Shown: positions 33,583 to 46,095 of the stretch, piece after piece
How positions within the stretch are numbered: position 1 is the stretch's first letter
Layout of the letters: every line of letters begins with the position of its first letter
DNA from: Obrimoposthia wandeli
Lineage: Eukaryota
Length of the DNA: 64,000 bases
Assembly: GCA_977020255.1 (NCBI GenBank)
Contig: CDROCS010001981.1
Location: forward strand, 434,001-498,000
Direction of reading: 5' to 3'
Program-made: the position numbers and the translations under genes
The notes under the pieces: model-generated
Told to the model about the DNA's origin: nothing
Database searches by the model: none
What the model saw: the letters and a program-made list of their open reading frames with translations, nothing else

Positions 33583-35825
33583 AGTAGGTACTTTGATGGA
33601 GTCTAGACCACTGGGGGGGGTCCCCCCTTGTGTGCGCACACCAAGTTAAAGGGTGTCACACCATAAGGGTGTCACACCATAGAAATGTCACACCATAGCG
33701 TGTCACACCATAAGGGTATATGTTGCCTCACCATAGGGGTGTCTTGCCATACCATAAGGGTCTGGCTCAGAAAGGTTATGAAGGTTTGAAGGTATGGTCG
33801 TGTCCGTCTATGGTCGGCCAACATACCCAAGGGGTTGTGGTCGTCCATAGGTCAAAGGGTCGGGGTCAGTTTTGACTTGAAACTTTGAAGGTATAATTAA
33901 GGTCAACTATGGTTGGCCGTCACATCTAAAGGGTTGTGGTCGTCCATAGGTCAAAGGGTCGGGGTCAGTTTTGACTTGAAACTTTGAAGGTATAATTAAG
34001 GTCAACTATGGTTGGCCGTCACATCTAAAGGGTTGTGGTCGTCCATAATTCAAAGGGTCAAGGTCAGTTTTGACTTGAAACTTTGAAGGTATAATTAAAG
34101 TCAACTATGGTTGGCCATCACATCTACAGGGTTGTGGTCGTCCATAGGTGAAAGGGTCGGGCTAAAAACAAAGTCAAGTTTAAAATATCAAGGTTTTAGT
34201 ACATGGTTGGAATCATCTTTAGAAGGTGAATTCAGTCATAAAGTATGGTCGGTCATATATGAAGGGTTCGGGATATAGACCAAATCAAGTTTTAAATGTC
34301 AAAGTTTGAATACATGGTTGGAATCATCTTTAGAAGACGAATTCATCCATATATGTATGGTCGTCCATAGATGAAGGGTTAAAGAAAAGTTGGAATTTCA
34401 TAGTTTCAAGTACATGGTTGTATTCGTCAACATATTACGAGTTTAATCATGTAAAATTTTTATGGTCGTTCACAAGTTAAGGGTCAGATTTGGAACAAAC
34501 ATGATAATTTTATTACATGGTTGTATTTGCATATGAAAATTGACTTCAAAGATACCCTTAAGGTCATGCATACTTTAAGAGGTCCTTGTGAAAAAAAAAA
34601 AATACTTGTAATTTTCTAAAATAAAAATATTTTTAAATTTAAATTTGTGCCAAATTATTTTGTTAGATTTTGGTAAAGATAAACAAATTTTTAATTTAAC
34701 GGGTTTTTTAAGATATTAAAGTAACATTATTTAAAATAAATATTAAGGAAAAAGTTAATAAACTCAAATTACTTTACTAATAGTATTATTATTATTATAA
34801 TTTGGTAAATATTTAAATTTACGCAAATTTTTATCCATTTTATTAATGTAATTAAACAATTCTTTGCGGAAAAATTACTTGTAATTTTGTTTTTCTTCAA
34901 AATAATAATAATTTAAATTTGCGCCAATTTAATTTGTTAGATATTAATAAAGTTAAACAAATTTTAATTTAACAAGTTTTTAAATATTAAAGTACCAACA
35001 CATCTATCAATCAATTATTCTATGTGAAAGTTCACTCTTATCAGTTAAGGAATGTAAGGAACCCTTTAGATGTGATGGCCAACCATAGTTGACCTTAATT
35101 ATACCTTCAAAGTTTCAAGTCAAAACTGACCTTGACCCTTTGAATTATGGACGACCACAACCCTTTAGATGTGACGGCCAACCATAGTTGACCTTAATTA
35201 TACCTTCAAAGTTTCAAGTCAAAACTGACCTTGACCCTTTGAATTATGGACGACCACAACCCTTTAGATGTGACGGCCAACCATAGTTGACCTTAATTAT
35301 ACCTTCAAAGTTTCAAGTCAAAACTGACCCCGACCCTTTGACCTATGGACGACCACAACCCTTTAGATGTGACGGCCAACCATAGTTGACCTTAATTATA
35401 CCTTCAAAGTTTAAAGTCAAAACTGACCCCGACCCTTTGACCTATGGACGACCACAACCCCTTGGGTATGTTGGCCGACCATAGACCGTCATGACCATAC
35501 CTTCAAACCTTCAAGTCAAAACTGACCCCGACCCTTTGATCTATGGACGACCAAAACCCCTTGGGTATGTTGGCCGACCATAGACGGTCACGACCATACC
35601 TTCAAACCTTCATAACCTTTCTGAGCCAGACCCTTATGGTGTGGCAAGACACCCCTATGGTGAGGCAACATATACCCTTATGGTGTGACACGCTATGGTG
35701 TGACATTTCTATGGTGTGACACCCTTATGGTGTGACACCCTTATGGTGTGACACCCTTTAACTTGGTGTGCGCACACAAGAGGGGGGGACCCCCCAGTGG
35801 TCTAGACTCCATCAAAGTACCTACT
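33583..35825. mobile_element. Complete non-autonomous Polinton-type element (family 2), 2243 bp, no coding capacity
   Basis: Termini AGTAGG...CCTACT, perfect 6-bp TSD ATGTAT (33577-33582 and 35826-35831), near-identical long TIRs (~560 bp left, ~770 bp right) built of ~17-bp and 99-bp tandem units, and an AT-rich core. Confidence 0.9.
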
Positions 35826-38800
35826 ATGTATTACCACACTTGTCTCTTTTCTCTACATTTCGTAAGTATGTTATTAAATTAGTCATTTATAGTAACAAAA
35901 GAATTCAAACACGTCTTAATAAATTCCTATTTTATTAATTTGTTCAATATTTATATTTTCTATTTATAATTTTAGCTCCAATCATACTTTTATTTTGGCA
36001 CTTTGTCCCAAGATTAGTCTTAAAAATGAAATTTATTTCACAATAATCGATTTCTGCCGACAGAATGTCTTCTTGTTTTGCTTATTCTCATTTGGCCTAC
36101 TCCAGTTATTACATCTGTTTAACAACTCAAAATGCATAAAAAAAGAAAAAAAATCTAGAAAGAAATATTAAAAGAAACATAAAATCCAAGAAATATTTAT
36201 TTACGAATTTTGATTTCAACTCATATTTCTCTCACGTAATCCATGAAACGAAAAGTCTCTGGATCCTCGTTTTCATTGATAGCTGTCATCCAGACATGTC
36301 GACTCGACTCTGGTGGGACTAGAGATAAAGCAGACGCACGCCAAACCATCTAGTTAAAAGCTTCTTCCTTTGTGTAACGGATAAAAATCTCAAATTTTGC
36401 ACTTTTCTATAAATGGCTTGAAAGACTGGAGAATGCACACATTGGGAAATATGTGTAAATTGTGTCATATTGAAATTTTAATACTTATTATATACGCTGA
36501 AGTACGAGTCCAAACCGCGGCTTTATAAGGCTGAGGCATGCTAGTGTAGTTCCTCTCATTTTTGCCAAGAAACAAAGATACAATGACAGGCATGACATGT
36601 CTCTACTGTTAGACCAATATGGAGTGTACTTGCTTCGTAATGTAATGTACAGTAAAAATTTGAAAAATCCAGATTAGGCAAAACGAGAATATGTGAAACA
36701 GTACTGTTATAATTCAGTTTCATTAAATGCTTAATATTATTAAAAGTTATAAATATTATTTGTTTACATTCTTTTAGAAGATATTATTGTTTTACTATAT
36801 AAATTACAGTTTTGTAGTTTGTATAACTGCGGCAATAAGGGATTTGAGTGGGCTGAGGACTAATATAAATAGTCATTGCCCTTGTGCAACTGTGTTAGTA
36901 CCATGGAATTAGGAGAAATTAGGATTAGAATAAATATTCTGAGTATTTAAAGATAAACAAATTGACCTTCCACAACAAAATAATGAAATAATAATTAACA
37001 ATAATTTGAAATCAGGGTTAAAGGGGAAAGAAATTAAATATGAAAGTTCTCGAATTACGAGTCTGTAACAATAACAAACAAAGCTCTCAGTCGTGATAAG
37101 AAGCAAGCTATCGTATAATTTAATTGTAGCAGAATACATTTTATAAATCAACATAGAATATAAATTGTTGTCCTTTCGGGACATTGTACCCAGTTTCACT
37201 TTTAGAAACATTCGAACTTCGATACTTGAAGGCCTGAGATCTCACTCGTCGGATCACTGCCTGTACTTATTATCGGAAATGCCGTGATCGACACAGTGAG
37301 ATTCAGCCCAATAACCACCAGCGTCTCTTGGATGGGGCCTCGCTAAACTATTTTTAAAAGTCTACAAATATTCGCCTAACTGGTAAACGATCTAATCCTA
37401 TATAACAACACCATGGGTTTGATGATTATCATTATCTTCACACACCACAACACATATCACTTACAACAAGAGAGGCCTTTAAAACAAATCGTAACAGAAC
37501 CTTCTGTCGGTACATCCCGAGAGAATCGGAAGAAACAGTTTTAGAAACCCCAACATTTGCTTAGTACCATATATAAGGGATAACAATTGGCAGACAGATG
37601 TGAGATTGAATGGTTGAAGAAGTGCATTGGTGAAGAGTACTTAAATAAGACTAAGTCGATTTAAACTAGAATTCCGATGACATCAGTAAAGAAGACAATG
37701 CTGAATTCTACAAGTATCTCACTAAGGATTGTCAAGACCATTTGACTGTCAAATACTAACCAGTAGAGGTAACTGGAGTTCAGAGCGTTGCACTTTGATA
37801 GAGTCAACTGTAAAAAGCTTTCTGATATTTCGAGATATCACTCAATGTCGAGTGGCGCAGATCAAACTAGTCTGAAATATTACGGTTCTAGAATAAAAGA
37901 GAATCAGAAGAATATCTATTACATTAGTGGCGAAAGTAAACACACAAAACTTTCGGAATTAACAACTAACAACTTATAACAAGTACGTAACTGCCGATAT
38001 TGACGAACAATTTTCTTGGTGGGGAATTTAAAATCGCATGTATACCCTAATGTTTCCGTCATACACGAAGCAGATATAAATGAATTCATTTACAGGTAAA
38101 AGATAGTATCTTACCGGTTCGGAAACACACGAAATAAGCCAAATTTTACTGTATTACTATTTTATGCCAAATGGGTTTTTACTTTATGTTCAATGTGTCG
38201 ATTTAATCTAAAATAATCTAAAGGATATTGCTTTTAGGTTCGATACAAACTTACTTTAGAGAAGGAAACCCGATAAATCGATTAGCATAAATACAAACTT
38301 GAGATAATCTCTCGGAATGGAGCCGGTTTTGTCGATATCAAAGACTAGAAAAGCATTCTTTATATCCTCGACAGTGACCGGTTGACTGACGATAGATTTC
38401 ATCAGGTTCACAAATTCAGAAAAGTCGATAGTGCCACTACCTGAAAAATTTGACTTATTAAGCTGAATAAATCTATTGTGAAATCGTGGTGAAAATCTAT
38501 TAGTGAATCTTTTAAAAATAATAACTTCTCCATAAATAAAAGAGAAAATGAAGATAAATTAAACGTTGTAATCAATAATTATTTTTACGATATTAAAGAA
38601 GACTCATTTTTAAAATTTGAATTAGAAAACTTTACAAGGTTTCCTTATTGTAAATTCGTATTCTTGCCGAAAAGGTTAAACTAAAAAAGTTAATGAGAAC
38701 GATTAGTCTGGCACAACTTGTCGAGTTTCTTGATAGTATGTTCAAATTTCGATGGATGTAAACTCAGATTTTCCCTCTCGATAATATCTCGCCTGTTTCT

Positions 38801-39379
38801 TCCTTGGGCATTTTTCTACAATATAAAAGGATGGGAACTAGATACGGCCGTAATTCACAACATCTCAAAGACCTGGATATTCAATTACAACGGTATGGAG
38901 ATGTCTTCAAAACTGGATCATTCTGTAATTCTAAGAATGCACATTTTATGTGACAAGAAACCCTAAAATTAACTATGTTTTAGAATACAATATGATGGGT
39001 TAATATGAAAATTAGAGCATACTTTAAACTGATAATCATTCAGTTCTGATGTCCATGCTTTTACGAACCATCAGTATCAGCAGAGGTAATTATATCCTGA
39101 AGTTCCTCCTCGGTGAATTCCTTTCCAAGTGATCGCAGAACCACTCCCAACTCTACGATATCGATTGTGCCACTGCTGTCACGGTCGAAATGACAAAATG
39201 CCTCGTAGAACTCTGTAAAGGAAGGGAGAATGACATATTAGCTGATAAAGATTATCAAAAACGTGATAGAGCACAGCGATATAAATTAAATTAAAGTACA
39301 TAAAAGTAGTTTTTAAATGTAAAGGATGACTGAGGGAAAACCCTATCCTAATTCGTGCCCGAAACATACAAAAATAACA

Positions 39380-39473
39380 AGCACGAAATATCACTCCACA
39401 CACATGCTCGGTGGTAAAGGACATTGTTACCCCCATGGGGAGGGTTGGATTAGACCGGACACATCCATCTACT
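39380..39473. mobile_element. Right terminus of a Polinton-like element (family 1)
   Basis: Ends ...GGATTAGACCGGACACATCCATCTACT at 39473. Contains CCCCATGGGG and a variant subterminal motif. Confidence 0.7.
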
Positions 39474-41466
39474 ATTTATTTCTTAAATTACTCATACAAT
39501 TATAAAAGTCTTTTTACGAAACACACATTTTTTCGTGGCGTATTTAAAAAAATTGACAGTTAAACATCTTTTTATAAATTGATATTCCAATTGTACATTT
39601 AAAAATAAGAAAATTAGAAAATTCTAAAAGAATCAAAATTTAAAACGTGCAGAAATCTGTCTGAAAAACATGCGATATATCTGAGATATGTATATATAAA
39701 AATAATACAAAAGTTTTTCCGAATTTTTTTTGAAGCCAGTTGAATTTCTTTTTAATACTCTGACTTTTGAATTTTGTTTATTTTGAGCTAAAATATCTCA
39801 AATGGATAAATTTTATGTCAATTTATTTTAATGTAATTTAATATTTCCGTCTATTAATATAGCTAAACGAATCATTAATGAAGTGTATTTCTCAAAACAT
39901 TAACATCTATGTTATCTGTAACATATTTAAATTTTGGTTCAACACAGCTTAAACTTGTAAAGTTTCATAAAGTTTTAATAACTTTGATGTTTATCGAGAT
40001 GAATGCAAAAGGTACGATTTTGTTCTTAATTGTCCCAAATAAATAATATGCAGCATACGATAGTAAAATTACAGTGTTAGGAATAGGTTTTGTTAAAATT
40101 AAATAATTAAGTGAATTTATACTAAAATGAAAATCCTTGAAAACAAGGTTAAAATTAAATAAAATTAAAATGTAAAATTAAAATGTTAAAAGTAAATAGG
40201 TAAATAAATTTTAGAAGACCACGAAGGTCGTGTGAAATGCGTGAGTATATATAATGTTAAATTAAAAAACAAAGTGGCAAAGAATTAGGAGAATTAAGAA
40301 AATCCAATTAACCAAAAGTGCAAGAAGCCAGAAACCAGGAAATCAGATCCGAGAGAGGTGGCGATCCAGCCGCGACAGCCACTCGTGGCAGCGTGGTCGA
40401 CAAATGTGGCTCGAAAACCACAATTTGTACAGACCAAACTCCACCCTGTTTCACCCAAGCCCACACCTCAGCATCGGAAAGCAGATGGCCCTCTTCCTGG
40501 ATGACACCCCATCCTTTCCGCTCTTGCCACTGAAGCAAGTGATGCGTTTTCTAGACGACAGAAACACGCCGGACGTGGACAATTAACATTGATTGCCCTT
40601 CATCCTTTCCTTGACATCAACAATTTACATGATACCAACCCATTCACCCTCCTGATCCTTTCCTTGTGTGTAAATTTTTTAGTTGTGTATAATAAATTAG
40701 TGAATATTTGAGACTCTGTCCAAATATTCACTATCTTAACGAAAACCGAGTTTTGGCAAAAAAATTTGGGCCTGTTTGATGAGTTGAATGACTGATTTAG
40801 TAGGGATGAACCTAAAATCAACAGCCAGATGCTTGTAAGAGTAAAATCGATACGTTCCGGGGTCGTAACTTTTTTAGAACCCCCGAGATATGTTAGGAAT
40901 AGGTTTTGTTAAAATTAAATAATTAAGTGAATTTATACTAAAATGAAAATCCTTGAAAACAAGGTTAAAATTAAATAAAATTAAAATGTAAAATTAAAAT
41001 GTTAAAAGTAAATAGATAAATAAATATTAGAAGACCACGAAGGTCGTGTGAAATGCGTGAGTATATATAATGTTAAATTAAAAAACAAAGTGGCAAAGAA
41101 TTAAGAGAATTAAGAAAATCCAATTAACCAAAAGTGCAAGAAGCCAGAAACCAGGAAATCAATCAATTCAATAAGTGATTGACAGTTCACTTCCGTTCTG
41201 CTCCGAAGAAATTAGTCGCCAGCTGCCAACCAAGTGATTGACAGCAACCAACATTGCTAGAAGAGGACCACAATAAGGAAGACAAGAAACTGATTGACAA
41301 GCAACCAGCAAGTAGCTAGAGACTATATAAGTCTACGCCTATACCTAAAAATCAATACTGCGCTAAGGACTTACGAAAAGCTACTGATTTCAAGAAGCTA
41401 CCGATCCCGAGAAGAAACTGAGGTAAAACACACAAATTCCAAATAGATATAATAGAATTAATAGAA

Positions 41467-41592
41467 GGATTCGGATCGAGCCATCTCTCCGACAAACTCA
41501 CTATTGTGCTAAGGATTCGGATCGAGCCATCTCTCCGACAAACTCACTACTGTGCTAAGGATTCGGATTGAGCCATCTCTCTGACAAACTCG
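41467..41592. repeat. 46-bp tandem repeat, ~2.7 copies
   Basis: AGGATTCGGATCGAGCCATCTCTCCGACAAACTCACTATTGTGCTA units. Confidence 0.85.
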
Positions 41593-41690
41593 GAATTTTA
41601 ATTGGAGGTGAGCCGAGAAAGAAATTGGTAAAGAGTACTTTCATAAAATAGAATTGGTAGTGAGTAATTTCGAGAATTTTGTAGCAAGTA

Positions 41691-42135
41691 TTTTCATATC
41701 GTAAAGTATAATTTGATAGTGAATAATTTCATATCGTAAAGTATAATTGGATAACGAATATTTTCATATCGTAAAGTATAATTTGATAACGAATATTTTC
41801 ATATCGTAAAGTATAATTTGATAACGAATATTTTCATATCGTAAAGTATAATTTGATAACGAATATTTTCATATCGTAAAGTATAATTTGATAACGAATA
41901 TTTTCATATCGTAAAGTATAATTTGATAACGAATATTTTCATATCGTAAAGTATAAATTTGATAACGAATATTTTCATATCGTAAAGTATAATTTGATAA
42001 CGAATATTTTCATATCGTAAAGTATAATTTGATAACGAATATTTTCATATCGTAAAGTATAATTTGATAGTGAATATTTTCATATCGTCAAGTATAATTT
42101 GATAGCGAATATTTTCATATAGAAAAGTATAATTT
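41691..42135. repeat. 35-bp tandem array, ~12 copies
   Basis: TTTTCATATCGTAAAGTATAATTTGATAACGAATA units with no spacers. Confidence 0.95.
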
Positions 42136-43539
42136 GTTCATAAAGGAGAATTTGGTAGCGCGTATTTTAGTGAATTAGAGAAATTTGATAATATATAAGT
42201 TGAATTCTAATTTATAAATTGAAAGGAATTTAATAACGTAATTTTGAATCACAAAATAAGTTCTAGATCTCTAAGTTCAAGACTCTAACAGCCAACCAAC
42301 CCTAGTTTAAAATCGATACGTGGTTCATCCCCACAGGTGTAGAGACTTTCCGAAGTCTTAGGAATTTTACTACAACTTTTTAGAAAATACGTGCGTAAAC
42401 GTATTGTTTTGTTAGTCTAGTGTTAACAATAAACGATTTCCTACATTAGAAATCATTGTTCTAAACCCTTCAGATTAAGAGACGTTAAAATACAAACCTT
42501 CAGATAAGAATTGAGACAGGCAACCATAACATTAAGTAGGCCACGACCAACTTTAAGACCTGCTTCTACAGAACTCACGTTGGGGCCCTCCACATTCAAG
42601 AGGATATATAAGTTTCATATAGAAACCCCAACAACAGTATGAAAAATACAAATATTGATCCTATTTATCGATTTTTCATATTATATAATAATGAAAGCAG
42701 TGATTCACAGAAATTGATAGATTTGAGTAATTGCTCAAACATTATATTTAACTTTTTTTCTTCCTGATTTTATTAAAATGTTTGGGAGTTTAATCTGTAC
42801 CAGAATGTTTATTTCAAACAATATTGTAAATTTGAATATTACTGCACAGCGAAAAATCTAGAAAACATAGATTAAACGATGTTGTAAACAAGTAACTCTA
42901 TCACAGTGTAAAATTAAATGTACGACGGATTCCAAAAGAAATCTTCTGTCTGAAAACATTTATAACATTAATTATATTAAAAAAATATTGTCAATTATTT
43001 TCTTTCATAATTCCCATAATAATTTTTTTTCAATAGTATATTAATAATTTTCAATTCCTTAAAACTTCAATATTTTTTCTGTGCCATTTTCATTGATGGG
43101 ATCCATAAATTCAAAATTGACCAAAGCTACTAACATTTATTCAAACCTTGACTTCAAATATTGTGGCAAAAATGTTGGGGTTTCTATATGAAACTTATAG
43201 ATTCTCTTGAATGTGGAGGGCCCCAACGTGAGTTCTTATAGAAGCAGGACTTAAGGATGGTTGTGGCCTACTTAATGTTATAGTTGCCTGTCTCAATTCT
43301 TATCTGAAGGTGTTTGTTTTCCGATGTCTCTTAATCTGAAGGGTTTAGAACAACGCTTTCTAATGTAGGAAATCGTTTATTGTTAACACACTAGACTAAC
43401 ACAAAGCAATACGTTTACGTACGTATTTCTAAAAAGTTACAGTAAATTCCTAAGACTTCTGTAAGTCTCTACACAAGTGGGGATGAACCACGTATCGATT
43501 CTAATTTAGGTTTGGTTAATTTCGTAGAGTCTTTATATG

Positions 43540-44540
43540 GGCAATTCAAGTTATTCAAAATTTCAAGATTTACTTTAAACTCTTTCAATATAGGCAATTC
43601 AAGTTATTCAAAATTTCACGATTTACTTTAAACTCTTTCAAGATCGGCAATTCAAGTTATTCAATAATTTCACAATTTACTTTACTCTTTCAATATAGGC
43701 AATTCAAATTATTCAATTTCACAATTTACTTTAAATCAATTTATGGCAATTCAATTTCACAATTTACTTTAAATCAATATATGGCAATTCAATTTCACAA
43801 TTTTACTTTAAATCAATATATGGCGATTCAATTTCACAATTTACTTTAAATCAATATATGGCAATTCAATTTCACAATTTACTTTAAATCAATATATGGC
43901 AATTCACTTTCACAATTTTACTTTAAATCAATATATGGCAATTCACTTTCACAATTTTACTTTAAATCAATATATGGAAATTCAATTTCACAATTTACTT
44001 TAAATCAATATATGGCAATTCACTTTCACAATTTACTTTAAATCAATATATGGCAATTCAATTTCACAATTTACTTTAAATCAATATATGGCAATTCACT
44101 TTCACAATTTTACTTTAAATCAATATATGGCAATTCAATTTCACAATTTACTTTAAATCAATATATGGCAATTCAATTTCACAATTTTACTTTAAATCAA
44201 TATATGGCAATTCAATTTCACAATTTACTTTAAATCAATATATGGCAATTCACTTTCACAATTTTACTTTAAATCAATATATGGCAATTCACTTTCACAA
44301 TTTTACTTTAAATCAATATATGGAAATTCAATTTCACAATTTACTTTAAATCAATATATGGAAATTCAATTTCACAATTTACTTTAAATCAATATATGGC
44401 AATTCACTTTCACAATTTACTTTAAATCAATATATGGCAATTCACTTTCACAATTTTACTTTAAATCAATATATGGCGATTCAATTTCACAATTTACTTT
44501 AAATCAATATATGGCAATTCACTTTCACAATTTTACTTTG
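43540..44540. repeat. 38-39-bp tandem array, ~21 regular plus ~5 degenerate copies
   Basis: GCAATTCAATTTCACAATTTACTTTAAATCAATATATG units. Confidence 0.95.
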
Positions 44541-45055
44541 AATTATTATACTTCTGTTAGGTTTAGGAATTAGGAAATTAAAATAATTAGTCGATTTTAT
44601 ACTAAAATAAAAATCCTTGAAAGCAAGGTTGAAAATTAAATTAAATATTAATTTTAAAATTCAAAACTAAAATTATTAGGATAAATATTAGGAGGACCAC
44701 GAAGGTCGTGTATAGTGTGTGATATATAAGGTTAGAATTAATTAACCCAAAAGTGCAAAAAAGGGAACAATCTAAAAATCTGCAAACGTCAGCAGAAAAA
44801 CAAAAAGAAGAAAAAAGGTAAGCACATTTACGTGCAATTGATTAGATTAATTTGATATTAGCAGCTGCCCGGACTCACGTTGGACTCAAGTTTGCTGATT
44901 GACAGCAAACAATCCTATATAAGTCGCTGAGAACGCACCAGTGAACAAAAAACAGCAAAGTAAAGAAAAATCAATATTCCAGGTCTACTGAGCGGAATCG
45001 GAGATTTGGTAAGTGGAGATTTGGTAATTTCATTGAATTAAACTAGTCTAGATCA

Positions 45056-45515
45056 CAACTTATTGTTGAAAAGAATAATTGCCTACTGTCCAACTTATTG
45101 CTGAAAAGAATAATTGCCTACTGTCCAACTTCTTGTTGAAAAGAATAATTGCCTACTGTCCAACTTATTGCTGAAAAGAATAATTGCCTACTGTCCAACT
45201 TATTGTTGAAAAGAATAATTGCCTACTGTCCAACTTATTGTTGAAAAGAATAATTGCCTACTGTCCAACTTATTGTTGAAAAGAATAATCGCCTACTGTC
45301 CAACTTATTGTTGAAAAGAATAATTGCCTACTGTCCAACTTATTGTTGAAAAGAATAATTGCCTACTGTCCAACTTATTGTTGAAAAGAATAATTGCCTA
45401 CTGTCCAACTTATTGTTGAAAAGAATAATCGCCTACTGTCCAACTTATTGTTGAAAAGAATAATCGCCTACTGTCCAACTTATTGTTTAAAAGAATAATC
45501 GCCTATTACCCAATC
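45056..45515. repeat. 35-bp tandem array, ~13 copies
   Basis: CAACTTATTGTTGAAAAGAATAATTGCCTACTGTC units. Confidence 0.95.
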
Positions 45516-45624
45516 TATTGCTTAAAAGAAGCCGATCGTCTCAATAATTCCAGCTAATTCCAGTGCCGGATTTGACGTAGTCGCAGCTAGTCGCAGCATA
45601 GGTGAGAAAACTGTTTAAAATAAT

Positions 45625-46095
45625 CATTGTCCCTAGTTGACAATTAGGATAAATTCATTGTCCCTTGTTGACAATTAGGATTTGTCTTTAACATATTCAT
45701 TGTCCCTAGTTGACAATTAGGATTTGTCTTTAACATATTCATTGTCCCTAGTTGACAATTAGGATTTGTCTTTAACATATTCATTGTCCCTAGTTGACAA
45801 TTAGGATTTGTCTCTAATATTGTTCCGAATTTGTGTGTAATATTCATTGTCCCTAGTTGACAATTCGGATCACATCATTGTCCCTAGTTGACAATTCGGA
45901 TCACATCATTGTCCCTAGTTGACAATTCGAATCGAATATTCATTGTCCCTAGTTGACAATTCGGATCACATCATTGTCCCTAGTTGACAATTAGGATCAC
46001 ATATTCATTGTCCCACGTTGACAATTAGGATCGCGTATTCATTGTCCATCGTTGACAATTAGGTTTTTATAAGAATCATTGTCCACAGTTGACAA
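45625..46095. repeat. Variable-length (31-60 bp) tandem array, ~13 copies, with palindromic core
   Basis: Invariant core CATTGTCCCTAGTTGACAATT(A/C)GGAT with variable linkers. Confidence 0.9.

Larger units (their letters stand above)
40075..42633 (-). mobile_element. Internally deleted LTR element: full LTR 40891..42633, internal remnant 40344..40890, partial second LTR 40075..40343
   Basis: Ends TGTTAGG and CCCCAACA; 4-bp TSD ACAG on both sides; 270-bp direct repeat at 40075 and 40891. Strand inferred from TATA position. Confidence 0.75.

Noticed and set aside
36900-39200. Coding-like decayed sequence inside the 39473 terminus
   Set aside because: No Polinton, LINE or host motif could be identified.
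16147-39479. Pairing the 16153 terminus with 32501 or 39473 as one intact element
   Set aside because: The flank ATACTC matches neither CATGAC nor ATTTAT and the TIRs are diverged, so the ends are reported separately.
40308-40821. Short ORFs in the internal remnant of the deleted LTR element
   Set aside because: No gag, pol or env motif is recognisable. FLDD occurs without RT context.
44555-44580. TTAGG repeats resembling a telomere seed
   Set aside because: Only three non-contiguous copies, and they are part of the LTR end.
41691-46095. CRISPR array interpretation of the regular 35-38 bp repeats
   Set aside because: Units are head-to-tail with no unique spacers, there are no cas genes, the context is eukaryotic, and the arrays lie inside LTR-like elements.
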